Shown in pieces: positions 62,892 to 64,000 of a stretch of 64,000 nucleotides of DNA. The notes beneath the pieces are model-generated. The model was not told the DNA's origin, did not search any database, and saw only the letters and a program-made list of their open reading frames with translations. Location of the stretch: assembly GCA_964255285.1 (NCBI GenBank), contig CAXUUL010000009.1:1-64000 (forward strand). The letters are read 5' to 3'. How positions within the stretch are numbered: the first letter of the stretch is position 1; every line of letters starts with the position of its first letter. The position numbers were made by a program, and so were the translations under genes. The DNA is from Ionaspis alba. Lineage: Eukaryota.

Positions 62892-63602
62892 CTATTCACT
62901 GGGTTGTTTGCCAAACAACCACTCGTCAGGGATGTCGCCAGGCTTCTGCATCGCGTGGTATTCATTGAGAGCTTGCATTTTGCGACCAGAGGAACCTTGC
63001 GAAGCACTCTGCAACATCGACTCTTCACACAGCTTACGTCGTCTTTCTCGGCTCTCGTGTGATTCTGGTGGAAGCTGGGCAGCCTCCGGAGGAGGACTGA
63101 CATCTTCTGGAATCGCAGTCCATGTTCCTCTTCCCAGTGCGCCCTTGTATTCCCATGCACGCTGTAGCTTCCTTCCATCTTCGCTTGCTTCCCAAGACTC
63201 CCATTTCCCGGCTTCATTCCAGGCACCAAAATTGAGCCATGCCCTTGTCATGGTGCTTGTCTTCTCTCCAGCGTGATCTTCCACACCCTTTATGTTTCTT
63301 ACTCGTGGGCTCTCGAGAAGTTTTTCACCCTTTACCCAACCTCTATGCCATTGGAGACAGCCGAATCTATAGATGTAGTCGGCTGGCTGGATCATATAAG
63401 ACTCATACCTTGATAGCTTTCTCACTTCGCCTCGCGTCCTCTCTGCCATGTCCGCCGGGAAATATAACACGGTCAGGGAATTGACAACGGGCGCTCCAGT
63501 CCATATAAGATATGAGTGTGACTCTGGATAAAAGGTGAACAGCCTAGGTGGCGCAGCTAACAAATTCGAGAGTGACGAGGCTAAATTTTCGTAAACTGGC
63601 AC
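62892..63602 (-). CDS. Hypothetical protein (Trp-rich, charged C-terminus); start uncertain, first ATG at 63449
   Basis: 236-codon open frame; no recognisable motif. Confidence 0.35.
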   Translation of the reverse strand: MPVYENLASSLSNLLAAPPRLFTFYPESHSYLIWTGAPVVNSLTVLYFPADMAERTRGEVRKLSRYESYMIQPADYIYRFGCLQWHRGWVKGEKLLESPRVRNIKGVEDHAGEKTSTMTRAWLNFGAWNEAGKWESWEASEDGRKLQRAWEYKGALGRGTWTAIPEDVSPPPEAAQLPPESHESRERRRKLCEESMLQSASQGSSGRKMQALNEYHAMQKPGDIPDEWLFGKQPSE

Positions 63603-64000
63603 GAAAGCGACGGAACCGTAAGGCTGTAGGACATCCCAGGCTAAATTAGATACCTATCAGTAAAGTAGGTCATGCAACTCGTGAACTCAAAATTTCGCTA
63701 CATTCCACGCTGTAAGCTTACTGAAAATTATCATGACAGTGTCTGAGTTCTCTGCTGTACGGCCCCACTTGCAATTCCACCAACCTCACTGTGCCGTAGT
63801 CTCCCTTAAGAGCCAAAATAGAGTGTCTCCATAAACAGCCCGCAGGGAATTGTGAGTCCTCGATGGGAGTTGACGGTTTTAATTAAAGGATGAAGATATC
63901 ATTTTCGTCGCGAATGTTGTCGCTATAGACAGAAGGTTAGTAACAATTGGTCATGACGCTGTTGAGAACTAAGATTACCTGAGGTGAGTTGTATCAAGTT

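Noticed and set aside
281..63484. Many antisense or nested short ORFs in the six-frame track
   Set aside because: Shadow ORFs overlapping well-supported genes, with no independent motifs

Overview
Eukaryotic, gene-dense fungal DNA (filamentous ascomycete style: short 42-75 nt GT-AG introns with CTRAC/CTRAY branch sites), not prokaryotic; no CRISPR, tRNA or rRNA seen. About 24 protein genes were rebuilt by splicing the ORF track by eye. Most are housekeeping: GPI13, COG1-like, DUF1640/CCDC90, LAA1, TACO1/YebC, PET100, ECI1, CWC21, CDC123, DHR1, PAC3-like, TRS120, ABZ1, MED6, SEC22, CLPTM1. The most unusual items: (1) an unannotated ~210 nt highly structured non-coding element (6691-6900) with a 61 nt pre-miRNA-sized hairpin, long-range 5'/3' pairing and a T7 run, a candidate Pol III pri-milRNA or SRP-like RNA; (2) the neighbouring orphan HExxH + AT-hook protein; (3) a tandem pair of tiny M-C-x9-C-G-H zinc-finger-like genes, one intact and one a pseudogene; (4) an ASXH protein with a split RAMA-like domain; (5) a giant GHKL/sacsin-like ATPase with a C-terminal HExxH. 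There is also a RIP-like 47 bp tandem repeat at the window start, a GC-AG intron in LAA1, and a 100-N gap with duplicated flanks. All family calls come from motif recognition without database searches, and exon boundaries are manual predictions.
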